Below are positions 40,301-49,065 of a DNA stretch of 64,000 nucleotides, piece by piece. Source of the stretch: an uncultured Fibrobacterota bacterium (lineage in GTDB: Bacteria > Fibrobacterota > Chitinivibrionia > Chitinivibrionales > FEN-1185); contig CAVSQB010000032.1 of NCBI GenBank assembly GCA_963729895.1, forward strand, positions 11,597-75,596. The letters run 5' to 3'. Both the position numbers and the translations under genes were made by a program. The first letter of the stretch is position 1. Every line of letters starts with the position of its first letter. Under the pieces are notes generated by a model that saw nothing but the letters and a program-made list of their open reading frames with translations, had not been told where the DNA came from and searched no databases.

Positions 40301-41043
40301 TCTCCCATGTTGTAATTGATATCGCCCTTCCGGTACTCCACCATGCCGAGGTTGTCCGGAGAAAGGCCTTCCGGTTTGCACAATTCGAGATGTTTGAGGG
40401 CGCGGGGATAATCGTGCTGCATATAGGCGAAATCCGCAAGACGGAAATGGGCGCCCGAGGCGCGGCCGCCGTTCGGAGAGGCCTTGAGGAGCTGCTCCAT
40501 CGCCCACGCCGAGCTGTCGAGTTCTCCCATGACAAGGTAGATATTTCCCATCTGGTAATATGCCTCGTCGATGGTCCGGAAATCGGAGTACTCCTTGACA
40601 AGGCGGCCGTACATCTTCATCGCCTTGGAGTAGTTGGGGATCGGGTTGACCGGTTCTTTCATGCCTTTCGGGTTCTTGTCGTACTGGTCCATCTCCCGGC
40701 CGTACTCTTCGCGCGCGCGGATGTAGCCGTCCTGCGCCTGCTGGTAGTACAGCTGCGCAAGAGTGAACAACACGTCGGCGCACCGGTCGCTTTTCTTGGT
40801 GCACCCCGACAGCAGTTTTTCGTACCGGTCGACAATCTCGTCGAGGTTCTCTTTCTTCACTCCCGGCTTGGGCTGGTTGATGGCTTGCTTTTTTGCCTCA
40901 AGTTCCTTGATCTGCTCCAGTAGTTTCTGCCGTTTCTTTGCATCGGCGTCATCGTCCGCACGCACCACGGCGCCTTGCCATACGATACCGGCAGCCACGA
41001 CGGCCGTGATGCATAGAACCAGTCTCAGTTTGCTCGTTCCCAT
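37324..41043 (-). CDS. Large exported TPR protein (1239 aa, GltD/AgmU-like)
   Basis: Signal peptide; many TPRs with YP.S/FP.S turns. Confidence 0.9.
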   Translation of the reverse strand: MGTSKLRLVLCITAVVAAGIVWQGAVVRADDDADAKKRQKLLEQIKELEAKKQAINQPKPGVKKENLDEIVDRYEKLLSGCTKKSDRCADVLFTLAQLYYQQAQDGYIRAREEYGREMDQYDKNPKGMKEPVNPIPNYSKAMKMYGRLVKEYSDFRTIDEAYYQMGNIYLVMGELDSSAWAMEQLLKASPNGGRASGAHFRLADFAYMQHDYPRALKHLELCKPEGLSPDNLGMVEYRKGDINYNMGEFDKAVQYFQDYIQKCDAGEYPKQEFRGEALEMMAVAFSDMTKGSEEAEKFFKKVGGRPYEDYVIYTIGMKNRVHGQTDDAIVALQYALKRFPYYKDAPIAQQMLVECFIIKKDYEKANAAREKLVDFYGPSGEWASKNASQKAVMDQARDQVHRALAAIPLYYHGLAQKSKDKSMYEKALKRYNEFLQKFPEDKWRAYEFRDYMAEIYNSLGDYLKSAENFDYVAMADLASFGPYKEDVDTLGMDQTEIEKSKKEEKSGPISISQEDAAYNAVVAVMNARKKAMASEGVSDEQSFNLPETKLLLDYIHRYQAKFVKSANAAEITFIGADVYYSAKMFDNASKDYKFIIDTYPDSKFALKSMRMIANCYVSTGEFDLAMAKYKDLLKKTQQNTPEYAELIELAAGAMFKKAESLQKANNVMGAADAFKAIAADYPKSKVAARGWLEAARCYEATNNFELAASTFQDLAAKFPSSELRENAFIQAAEDYKKIEKWANAANVYQTAALTITKPDYAIPSLSYAAEAYSKVNDFDNAGKMYELAYERYPKDAKTPLALYNAGLIYEKGKLYDKAIRAYTVLTQNFPSSEYSGEAFFSVGLCYEKMGRNVDMATVFTDFAKKYEGDKYKQVEALVKAGDAYYNLGDFKEAQKDYQLAVEVYEKFKGKADMDVEAVAKSYYKQGEILYKAFSDISLKGSKQQVAANLKAKEEALRNAAGPYAKSIEIGVEEWTLRSTYKIGQSFIDFADAIEDQSVEGSADQKMAAKIKILSSLDKYYVSGLKYFQKNIEWAYDQNIAGEYVSKSMDMFMKVLFLRANALEKVGIILKTSPIPRDLSKEEKQAYQELLEEKSLEAMDKALPLYEEAVNAAADMGIAQSPWLAKIKERIQEINPSSPALTKVITPRTPKAPPAEAVQAPATGKKTETQKVLAVNSPVVTPAPVPQFHDDTYLRNMKRIQNITQMDIPLEDKIKQLKRIEVEAQRAIGEEEEKIQDLKK

Positions 41044-41106
41044 GTAAGTACTCTCCCCTTCCTCTTATCCCCCACTGATCGATCTTTCCTGCGTAAACGC
41101 GAAAGC

Positions 41107-43512
41107 TTATTTCTTGTTCAATTTTTCGAGTTCTTTTTTCTTCTCTTCGATTTGCTTGTTGATGTCCTCTTGCTTCTTCTGCTCGTTCTCCTGCTGTTTC
41201 ACCTGTCCGCTGGACTTCTGCAGGGCCGTCGCCTTCGCAATCGCGTATTCCGCATCCGACAGAACCTGGTCCTTGCGCAGGAAAAACTTCTTGTGCGATT
41301 GCGCCATCAACGTGTAGTTGAAAAAGTCCCGACCCTCTTTTGCAAACTTGTCGTACTCCGACTTGAACGCCCCACGCTCCTCTATCGATTTGTCCGTCGG
41401 CTTCCGCAGCGCGTTCTTCTTGATCTTCTCCCCCGTCGGCTCGAACTCGCTCGTCGTCTGCCCGAACTTCTGCTCCCGGCCCTGCAGGTCTGCCTCCGTC
41501 ACAAACTTCCCGTTCTTCGTCAGGTCCAGGCATTTCTCAAGCGCATCCACCGCGTCCTGGTACTTCTTCTGCAGCATCAGTCCGTACCCCCGCAAAAGGT
41601 ACGCCTCAGGAACCAGCGGCGATTCCGGGTGCGACGCGATCAACCGGTCTACCGTCTGCAAACACATCGGCGGCTGGTTCACCTTGATCCACGACCACGC
41701 CGTCCCCAGAAGAGCCTCGTCCCCGTAGCTCGACCCTTCAGGCACCCGCTTGTATGCCTCCACCGCGTTCCGCAGCTCCACCTGCTCGTAGTACAAATGA
41801 CCCAGTTTCACGTTCGCCGCATCCTGCAACAGCTGCGTCCCCGGGTCCTGCGTCGTGTCCGCTATGATATTCTTCAGGTCCGCCACCGCCGCCTCCATCT
41901 TCTTGTTCTCCACATTGATGATCGACAACGTATACTGCGCATACAAATACGACGGCGATCCCGCCTTGATCCGGCCCAGCAACTGCTCCGCCGCGTTGTA
42001 GTTCTTCCGCAAAAAATGTATCTCTCCCGCCACGTAATCCGCATCAGGACGGATATCGCTCTCCGCGTACAGGTTCGTGATGAATGCATGGTTCTTCAAC
42101 GCGTCTTCGTATTTCCCCTCACGGTAATCGATCGTCTCCAATCCGTACAGGTACTTCGACCGCATCTCCGACGTCGTGTATTCCTCCAGTGCGCTCTTGA
42201 ATATGCTCCGCGCCGTCTCGTTCATGTACAGACGCTTGTAGCTGTCTCCCATGTAATACGCCGCCTTGTCGTTCAGGTAAAAGTTAGGATACAGCGACAC
42301 CACCTTCCCGAATGCAAACGACGCCTCCCAGTATTTCCCCGCAAGGTACAGCCGCATCGCCTCGTTGTACGCGTCCATCGGCGCCAATATCAACTGGTCG
42401 TACAACCGCTTCGACTCGCTCTGCTCCCGCGTCGGACCAAAGTCCGTCGATAACCGGTGCATCATCGTCAATCCACGTTCGTCTTCCTGCCCCGGTATCG
42501 CTATCGCATACCCCACGTGAACGTCGTAGTTCAGGTAGTTGATCATCTCCGGCAACGGGTATATAAAATTAAAGTTGAACCCGACGTACGGAATGTTGTT
42601 GTTCGCCCACCCAAGCTTCAGCCACACCTGCGGTATAAACTGCCATTTCACGTGCGCACTCAAACGAAACGCCTTCTTCAGCTCCGGGCTGTTCGTCACG
42701 TCGAGTATCGCCTGTGTCGTCGGGTCTCGGACCGTATCCGCCTTTATCAACGACGAATACACGTCCGACAGCGCATTGTCCAGCACCCCCTCAACGTCCA
42801 CCACCAGCTTGTCGTTCAGGCCCGAGTACCGTACACCTGCGCGGATGCGCGTCACACCAAGCTGCTCCGTCAAACTGTCGTGCCACAGCGGTATCTCCGG
42901 CACCACGTCCTGCAAGTTTATGCTGAATCCCAAATCTCCGTACCGAAAATGGTCCATCGGGTTGAAATACGCTCCCAAATCCGCCCCAAACCCAACCTCC
43001 TGGCCGTTCCCAAACTGGTTCTCGTACCGCAGCTTCAGGTTCGTCCCCAACACAAACCACGGCAGTATCCGCCACGCATAATGAACCATAAACCAGTTGT
43101 CCCCAAAATTCGACTGCCCCAAGTCACGTATCGTGTTCGACAAATCGTTCGCGTCTATCGTCGTCTTGTCGATCGTCGCCCCGGTCCCGATCCACGATAC
43201 CCCAAACGTATGGTTCAACCGCAACGGCAGCAAAAATGACGCCTCCTGGTATCCCAGCGACACCGTCGATGCGTCTCCGTCTACGTCCCACCGGTACAAC
43301 CCGCCCTCCACACGCATCTGGTTCACACGGTACAGCAACGCAGGATTCACGATCCCCGATGAAAAATCACTCAAATCCTGTATGTAATCCGCCTGAAAAA
43401 ATGGCGCATCGTATCCTCCGCTCCCTCCCGTCTGACCACGAACCGACCCGCTCCACAACAACACCATCCCCGCAAAAAGGACAATCCCACATCTCTTTAC
43501 TTTCGTTTCCAC
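41107..43512 (-). CDS. PorV/FadL-like barrel N-terminus fused to TPR repeats and a coiled coil
   Basis: Signal peptide; IVNPALL; amphipathic strands to about aa 360, then TPRs; GTG start with GAGG RBS. Confidence 0.8.
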   Translation of the reverse strand: METKVKRCGIVLFAGMVLLWSGSVRGQTGGSGGYDAPFFQADYIQDLSDFSSGIVNPALLYRVNQMRVEGGLYRWDVDGDASTVSLGYQEASFLLPLRLNHTFGVSWIGTGATIDKTTIDANDLSNTIRDLGQSNFGDNWFMVHYAWRILPWFVLGTNLKLRYENQFGNGQEVGFGADLGAYFNPMDHFRYGDLGFSINLQDVVPEIPLWHDSLTEQLGVTRIRAGVRYSGLNDKLVVDVEGVLDNALSDVYSSLIKADTVRDPTTQAILDVTNSPELKKAFRLSAHVKWQFIPQVWLKLGWANNNIPYVGFNFNFIYPLPEMINYLNYDVHVGYAIAIPGQEDERGLTMMHRLSTDFGPTREQSESKRLYDQLILAPMDAYNEAMRLYLAGKYWEASFAFGKVVSLYPNFYLNDKAAYYMGDSYKRLYMNETARSIFKSALEEYTTSEMRSKYLYGLETIDYREGKYEDALKNHAFITNLYAESDIRPDADYVAGEIHFLRKNYNAAEQLLGRIKAGSPSYLYAQYTLSIINVENKKMEAAVADLKNIIADTTQDPGTQLLQDAANVKLGHLYYEQVELRNAVEAYKRVPEGSSYGDEALLGTAWSWIKVNQPPMCLQTVDRLIASHPESPLVPEAYLLRGYGLMLQKKYQDAVDALEKCLDLTKNGKFVTEADLQGREQKFGQTTSEFEPTGEKIKKNALRKPTDKSIEERGAFKSEYDKFAKEGRDFFNYTLMAQSHKKFFLRKDQVLSDAEYAIAKATALQKSSGQVKQQENEQKKQEDINKQIEEKKKELEKLNKK

Positions 43513-43548
43513 AGCCTACCTCGCATCTTCTGTAAAATGTTTGGCATG

Positions 43549-45093
43549 TCACTTGGTCGGGATGATTTCCACTCGCCTGTTTGTAGCGCGACCTTCAGCT
43601 GTACCGTTCGACGTAACCGGCCGTTCCTTGCCGAATCCCTTTGCAACCATGCGGTTCGGCGAAATACCGCGCATTATGAGGTAATCCATCACGGACTTGG
43701 CGCGCTGATAGGAAAGAACAAGGTTATCCTGCGCGTTGCCCACATTGTCGGTATGGCCATCGATCTCAATCTTGACATTCGGGTACGCTTCGAGGCTGTT
43801 GTACACCTGTTCGAGAACGTAGTACGATTCCTCGAGAAGCTCTGCGCTCGCCGTCTTGAAGTTGACGCCGCGCAACGTCATCTTCTGCTTTATTTCCGTC
43901 GGTTTCTCGTCGGGGCAGCCATCGTCGTCCTTGTACCCGTTATACGTCTCAGGCTGGTTGGGGCACTGATCGCTTCCTCTGCAGATCTTGGCGTACTGAG
44001 CCTGCTTGCCCTGCTCCGCAACCCACGGGTCGCAGATGCCGTCCCTGTCGTTATCCGGGTCGGGACAGCCATCGGTATCCTGGAAGCCGTCGCGGTCTTC
44101 GGGATCGTTGGGACACTCGTCCTGAGTGTCGTAGATGCCGTCTTTGTCGTTGTCGTAGTCGGGGCATCCGTCTTCGTCCTCGAACCCGTCTTTGTCTTCG
44201 GGAACGTCGGGGCACTGATCGACGTCGTCGGGAATACCGTCGCCGTCGCGATCGCCGACCATGGCCTCAACCATTTTCTCGGTAATCAGCCCGATGTCGG
44301 TGCCGTTTTCGCCCTTTGCCTTGCACCCGGAAACAGGCTTGATGAAATAGTTGAAATTGCCGTATCCCGGGGAAATGAACATCGGGTCCTTCTGGATGTT
44401 CGTTTCGTTCACCACCGCATTGGGATTGAACGGGAGCCTATTCATATAAATATTATTGTAGATGATACGGGTCTTCTTTGCCTGGGGTGCGATGTATACG
44501 CCGTACTGGTTGTTGTTCATGAGGATATTGTTGCGGATGAGCACTTCGGTGCGATGAGCGCAGAAAATGGCGCAGTAGCCGTTTTCCAGGATAACATTAT
44601 GATCGATTGACGTGCGCGTTGCGCGGCTCGATTCGAGGAAAATGCCCGTCCATTCGTTGCGGTAGATGATGTTGTTGCTGATGTCGGGCAACGAGACCAA
44701 TGCGTGGATGCCGGCCCCCTTGTTGTCGATGATGAGGTTGCGAATGATGGTGGGACGCGTGTTCTTGCAGAGAATGCCGGTGGTGCCGTTCCTGATTGTG
44801 AAGTTGGTGATGGTGGCGCCGTCCGCCCCCAGCACGCACGGGGCCTTGCGGCCGCCGTCAATGATCGTTTTGAGCATGTCTTGACCCATAAGAACGACAT
44901 TGTCGGCCATGGCGATATTTTCGCGGTACACGCCGTTGGAGACAAAGATCGTATCGCCTTCGTCCACTTCACCAAGCGCCGCGTGAATGGAGGGGAAGTC
45001 GTGCGGAACAACGATCCTTCTCGCGGCAAATGACGTGGCAACAAGAACTGCCAGAAAGTACAGAAAGAACGTCGGTGAGATTTTTCTGCACAT
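43549..45093 (-). CDS. Right-handed beta-helix + TSP3-like Ca-binding repeats + OmpA C-terminal domain
   Basis: NNII repeats; DRDGDGIPD..DQCP; IDGHTD, LSYQRA, NRRVEI. Confidence 0.93.
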   Translation of the reverse strand: MCRKISPTFFLYFLAVLVATSFAARRIVVPHDFPSIHAALGEVDEGDTIFVSNGVYRENIAMADNVVLMGQDMLKTIIDGGRKAPCVLGADGATITNFTIRNGTTGILCKNTRPTIIRNLIIDNKGAGIHALVSLPDISNNIIYRNEWTGIFLESSRATRTSIDHNVILENGYCAIFCAHRTEVLIRNNILMNNNQYGVYIAPQAKKTRIIYNNIYMNRLPFNPNAVVNETNIQKDPMFISPGYGNFNYFIKPVSGCKAKGENGTDIGLITEKMVEAMVGDRDGDGIPDDVDQCPDVPEDKDGFEDEDGCPDYDNDKDGIYDTQDECPNDPEDRDGFQDTDGCPDPDNDRDGICDPWVAEQGKQAQYAKICRGSDQCPNQPETYNGYKDDDGCPDEKPTEIKQKMTLRGVNFKTASAELLEESYYVLEQVYNSLEAYPNVKIEIDGHTDNVGNAQDNLVLSYQRAKSVMDYLIMRGISPNRMVAKGFGKERPVTSNGTAEGRATNRRVEIIPTK

Positions 45094-45190
45094 CGTGATG
45101 ATCCTATTCTTGTTATAAAGTATTAAGGGCTTAAATTGTCTACAAAAACGTGGAAGCGACTATACGATTTTCGCACACAAAACATGAATC

Positions 45191-45219
45191 AAAATACTAT
45201 CGGTGGCAAATGGTGTCAA
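45191..45219 (-). promoter_or_regulatory. Sigma70-like promoter for the envelope operon
   Basis: TTGACA-N17-TATTTT about 100 bp upstream of the ompA-like gene. Confidence 0.55.
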
Positions 45220-45778
45220 GTTTTTACAAATTCGCGAACGTCCCTGTTTCTTCAGCGCCAAACCGATGCCGGCACGGATTGATTTAAGGAAACACCCGTC
45301 TCTCGAACCGGATGGAATACCCGTCCGGCCCCCGATCAAACGGAGAGAGGTGACGCGTCGCGCACGCGTGTTCACTGGATGTTCACAGAAACGCACAAGC
45401 GCTCGCATGATTGATAAGGTGCAACCCGAATATTCATTATATGAGGCAGATATTCAAATAAAATATTTCTCGGCCGAAATGCAAGCTATTTCTCCGGATG
45501 GTTGAAGGGTCCCAAAGATTTCTCTTGACTCTCCGTTGCTTCAATGACCCGGCCCGCGCAAGTCCCGCCGCGGGGCAGGGTTCTTCAATACGATTCGGGC
45601 CGGCGGCGGTCCGTATTCCGTTGTCCGGCGCGCGCCTTCCTGGAAAGAGCCCCGGCCTGAAATTATTTTATTTCACCGTGGGTTGAAGAAACCCGTCCCG
45701 CAGGATCAAACGGCCGCGGTTCATCTATATTCCGGATTTCGGCCGGATCAAAAACAGTGTGAAAAAGGCTGACCGGGC

Positions 45779-48700
45779 ATGATCACGTCAAAGCATCCGC
45801 GCCGCGCTCTTCACTCCATGCCCTCGTTCCGGCTGCTGCTGGCCGCGCTGGCGCACCTGTGGTACGCCGGGGCGGTTTTCGGATTTGGAAAGAACAAAGT
45901 CGAATACGAGCATTTTTCCTGGCACTACTACCTGACCCCTCACTTCCAGGTTTTTTTCCCCCAGGACCAGGGCGTTCTCCCCGCCATAGCCGCGCAGTGG
46001 ATCGAAAACGATTACGAATCGCTGCGGCACGATTTCTCATTCGGGCCCAAGGGCAAGCTGCCGGTGATCCTCTACGGCAGCCCGAACAGCTTTGCGCAGA
46101 CCAATATCGTGAGCGACATTCTCCCCGAAGACGTGGGAGGATTCACCACACAGATGAAGAACAGGATCGTGGTGCCGTTTGACGGGTCGTACGACGAGCT
46201 GCGCCACGTGCTGCACCACGAGCTGGTGCACGGGTTCCAGTACGGAATACTCTTTGAGCATTTCGGCAGCGCCATTTTCTCGGGAGGCGAAGCGCAGCTT
46301 CCCCTCTGGTTTGCCGAAGGCATGGCCGAATATCTGTCCTGTGGCTGGAACACGGAGGCCGACATGTTCCTCATGGACGCGGTGGTGTACGGCAGCGTCG
46401 GCCTTCCCGGCCCCGAGCTCGACGGCTACATGGCCTACAAGGGCGGGCAGTCGTTCTTCGCATTTGTCGCAGCTTCGCGCGGGGAAACGATGTTTTCCCA
46501 TTTTCTCAGGAAGTACAGGGACACCAAGAATGTCGAGCGAAGCTTTAAGGACACCTACGGGAAAACGGCCGAGGAACTCGGCGAAGAATGGAGGACCGAG
46601 CTCAAACGCCTTTACTGGCCGGAAATAGGGCGCCGCACCGATCCGTCGAAAAATTCCACCGCGCTCACCGTCCACGAAAAAGACAAGGACCATTTCAACC
46701 TGAAGCCGAGGATCTCTCCCGACGGCGCCAGGGTCGCCTATTTCAGCGACCTGCGGGATTACACCAAAATTCTGGTGTGCAACGGCAAAGGATCCGTCAT
46801 CGAAGAGCTGGGCGCATCCGGATACGCCGGCAATTTCGAGTCGTTTCATCCCTTCCGCAGCGGCATGTGCTGGTCTCCCGGGAGCGACAGGCTCGCGTTT
46901 GTCGCAAGCAACAACGGCAGGGACGAGCTCCGGCTTGTCGATATACGGCGCAAAAAACTGCTCGCCGCGTTCCGGCCCGCGCTGTCCTCCATCGTTTCGC
47001 CCGACTGGTCGCCCGACGGCGCCGCCATCGTGTTCTGCGGCGTCGACAAGGGATACTGCGACCTGTTCTCCTGCGACGTGCGCACCGGTTGGTGCACGCG
47101 TTTGACAAACGACATATCCGGCAAAGCGGACCCGCGTTTCACCCGCGACGGCAGGGGCATCGTGTTTTCGAGGCAGGACACCTGCGGATCCCCAAACCGC
47201 GCGCTCCGGGCGCGCGGCGCAAAGCCCGTGCAGCTGTGGTACCTGGACCTGTCGGACAAAAGCTGCGTGCAGCTCACGTTTTCTCCGGGCAACAAGAAGG
47301 CCCCCTGTTTTTCCCCCGACGGCAAAACGTTGGTTTACGTATCGGACAACAGCGGCATCGACAATATCTACGCCGCGCCGTTTGCGGCCCCGGACAGCGC
47401 CCGTGCCCTCACCGACGTCATCGGCGGCGTATCGAGCCCCGACTGGGCCAAAGACTCCATGACGCTCGTCTACTGCCTCTTCCAGAAAGGCGGCTGGGAC
47501 ATCTGGCGCATGGCCGACCCCCTGGGCAAAGCGATGAGCAGGCCGCCCCAGCCGACGCGGTGGGTGGAATCGTGCAGAGACACCGCTGCCCATTTCTTCC
47601 CGCCCGTGGCCCCGGGAGACACCGCGCCTGCCGCGCAGGCCGGGAAGAAATCGGCCGCCTCTTCCCGCCGCAAGGCCCCGGCGTCCGATCTTGACATAAA
47701 CGACGAGTCGGTAAGCGACATTTCGGAGCGCGACACACTCCGGCAGGCGTCTCTTGTGCAGAAGGGCGAAGCCCCGGCCGCCACCGCGGACACGGGCATG
47801 CGGCCGTCGCCCCATGTCGTCCTCAATTTCGATTCCCTCCAGCCCCGGCCGTACCGGCTGTCGTTTACGCCCGACATCATCTCGGTCGGCCTCGGGACGA
47901 ATACCTATTACGCCTACGGCGTGTCCGGGCAGGTCGCCGCGGTGTTCACCGACCTCATGGGCAACCACCAGATCGCGGTGATGGGCGACGTGGAAGGCGA
48001 CCTGGCCGAGTACACCAACCTGTTCGCCTCCTACCTCAACCTGGAGCACAAGGTCAATTTCGGCGGGGGCGCTTTTTACAACAGGCAATACACGTCGGCG
48101 GACATCTTCGCCGATTCGCTCTATTTCGACACCGACGCCGGCCTCACGTTTCTGCTCAGGTTCCCCTTTTCCATGTTCAGCAGGATAGACCTGGAAGGTT
48201 TTTACGAAAACCTGTTCCGCGTTCCCTACCTGTATCAAACCACGACCGGCGCCACCGTCGCGGACACCGGCCGCGGAAGCCACACCTTCAACATTTTGAT
48301 GCCCTCGCTGTCGTACGTCTACGACGACATCCTCTGGGGCATTACCGGGCCGCTCAACGGAACGCGGGGCCAGGCGCGCGTCATCGTGTCGCCTCCGACA
48401 AAATTCATCAACGCCTCGTTCGCGTCGTTCGACGTCGACGTGCGCAACTACTGGCACCTGTTCAAACGATTCGTGTGGGCCAACCGCCTTTCGTTCGGCG
48501 CGAGCATCGCGCTGAACAACGAACCCGACCAAAGGAAGTTCTTTTTGGGCGGCGACGACAACTGGTTCCTGTACAATTACAACGCCGCGGGATACCAGCA
48601 GAACGCGAACAACTTCTTCTATTCGGACATCATCGTGCCGTTCCGCGGCTGGGATTACCTCGACATCATCGGCACGAAATATGCCGTTGTCAACACCGAA

Positions 48701-48982
48701 TTCCGGTTCCCGTTCCTCAAGGAAATGTCGTTTGTGTGGCCGCTGCCCGTGACACTCCGTTATGTCAACGGTGCGCTCTTCACCGACGTCGGCAATGCGT
48801 GGAACCCGGACCAGCAGTTCAAAGGCGTTCCCCTGCCGAAAACGCTCTACGGCGGCGTGGGCGGCGGGCTGCGGGCGAACCTGGGGATCTTCGTGCTGCG
48901 CTGGGACAGGGCGTGGAAAACGGACTTCAGTACGTTTTTCGGACCGCATAAAGACTACTTTTCGCTGGGGGCGGAATTTTAG
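45779..48982 (+). CDS. Omp85-family protein with gluzincin peptidase, PD40 propeller and BamA-type barrel
   Basis: FGKNKVEY, HHELVH, WFAEGMAEY, WSPDG repeats, FRGW, NTEFRFP, C-terminal LGAEF. Confidence 0.9.
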   Translation: MITSKHPRRALHSMPSFRLLLAALAHLWYAGAVFGFGKNKVEYEHFSWHYYLTPHFQVFFPQDQGVLPAIAAQWIENDYESLRHDFSFGPKGKLPVILYGSPNSFAQTNIVSDILPEDVGGFTTQMKNRIVVPFDGSYDELRHVLHHELVHGFQYGILFEHFGSAIFSGGEAQLPLWFAEGMAEYLSCGWNTEADMFLMDAVVYGSVGLPGPELDGYMAYKGGQSFFAFVAASRGETMFSHFLRKYRDTKNVERSFKDTYGKTAEELGEEWRTELKRLYWPEIGRRTDPSKNSTALTVHEKDKDHFNLKPRISPDGARVAYFSDLRDYTKILVCNGKGSVIEELGASGYAGNFESFHPFRSGMCWSPGSDRLAFVASNNGRDELRLVDIRRKKLLAAFRPALSSIVSPDWSPDGAAIVFCGVDKGYCDLFSCDVRTGWCTRLTNDISGKADPRFTRDGRGIVFSRQDTCGSPNRALRARGAKPVQLWYLDLSDKSCVQLTFSPGNKKAPCFSPDGKTLVYVSDNSGIDNIYAAPFAAPDSARALTDVIGGVSSPDWAKDSMTLVYCLFQKGGWDIWRMADPLGKAMSRPPQPTRWVESCRDTAAHFFPPVAPGDTAPAAQAGKKSAASSRRKAPASDLDINDESVSDISERDTLRQASLVQKGEAPAATADTGMRPSPHVVLNFDSLQPRPYRLSFTPDIISVGLGTNTYYAYGVSGQVAAVFTDLMGNHQIAVMGDVEGDLAEYTNLFASYLNLEHKVNFGGGAFYNRQYTSADIFADSLYFDTDAGLTFLLRFPFSMFSRIDLEGFYENLFRVPYLYQTTTGATVADTGRGSHTFNILMPSLSYVYDDILWGITGPLNGTRGQARVIVSPPTKFINASFASFDVDVRNYWHLFKRFVWANRLSFGASIALNNEPDQRKFFLGGDDNWFLYNYNAAGYQQNANNFFYSDIIVPFRGWDYLDIIGTKYAVVNTEFRFPFLKEMSFVWPLPVTLRYVNGALFTDVGNAWNPDQQFKGVPLPKTLYGGVGGGLRANLGIFVLRWDRAWKTDFSTFFGPHKDYFSLGAEF

Positions 48983-49065
48983 GGGCGGGTGTAGGGCCGT
49001 CTCATGTGCAGCCGGAAAAAGCCGGGAACCGTTTTCGGCGTGGAGGGACGAAACCACCTGCGGGG

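Noticed and set aside
41152..43239. Long plus-strand ORFs (433 and 260 aa) antisense to the barrel-TPR gene
   Set aside because: Explained by the codon bias of the sense gene; unnatural Arg/Val/Leu-rich composition
46037..49057. 1006-aa antisense ORF over the Omp85 gene
   Set aside because: Shadow ORF of a high-GC3 gene with no motifs
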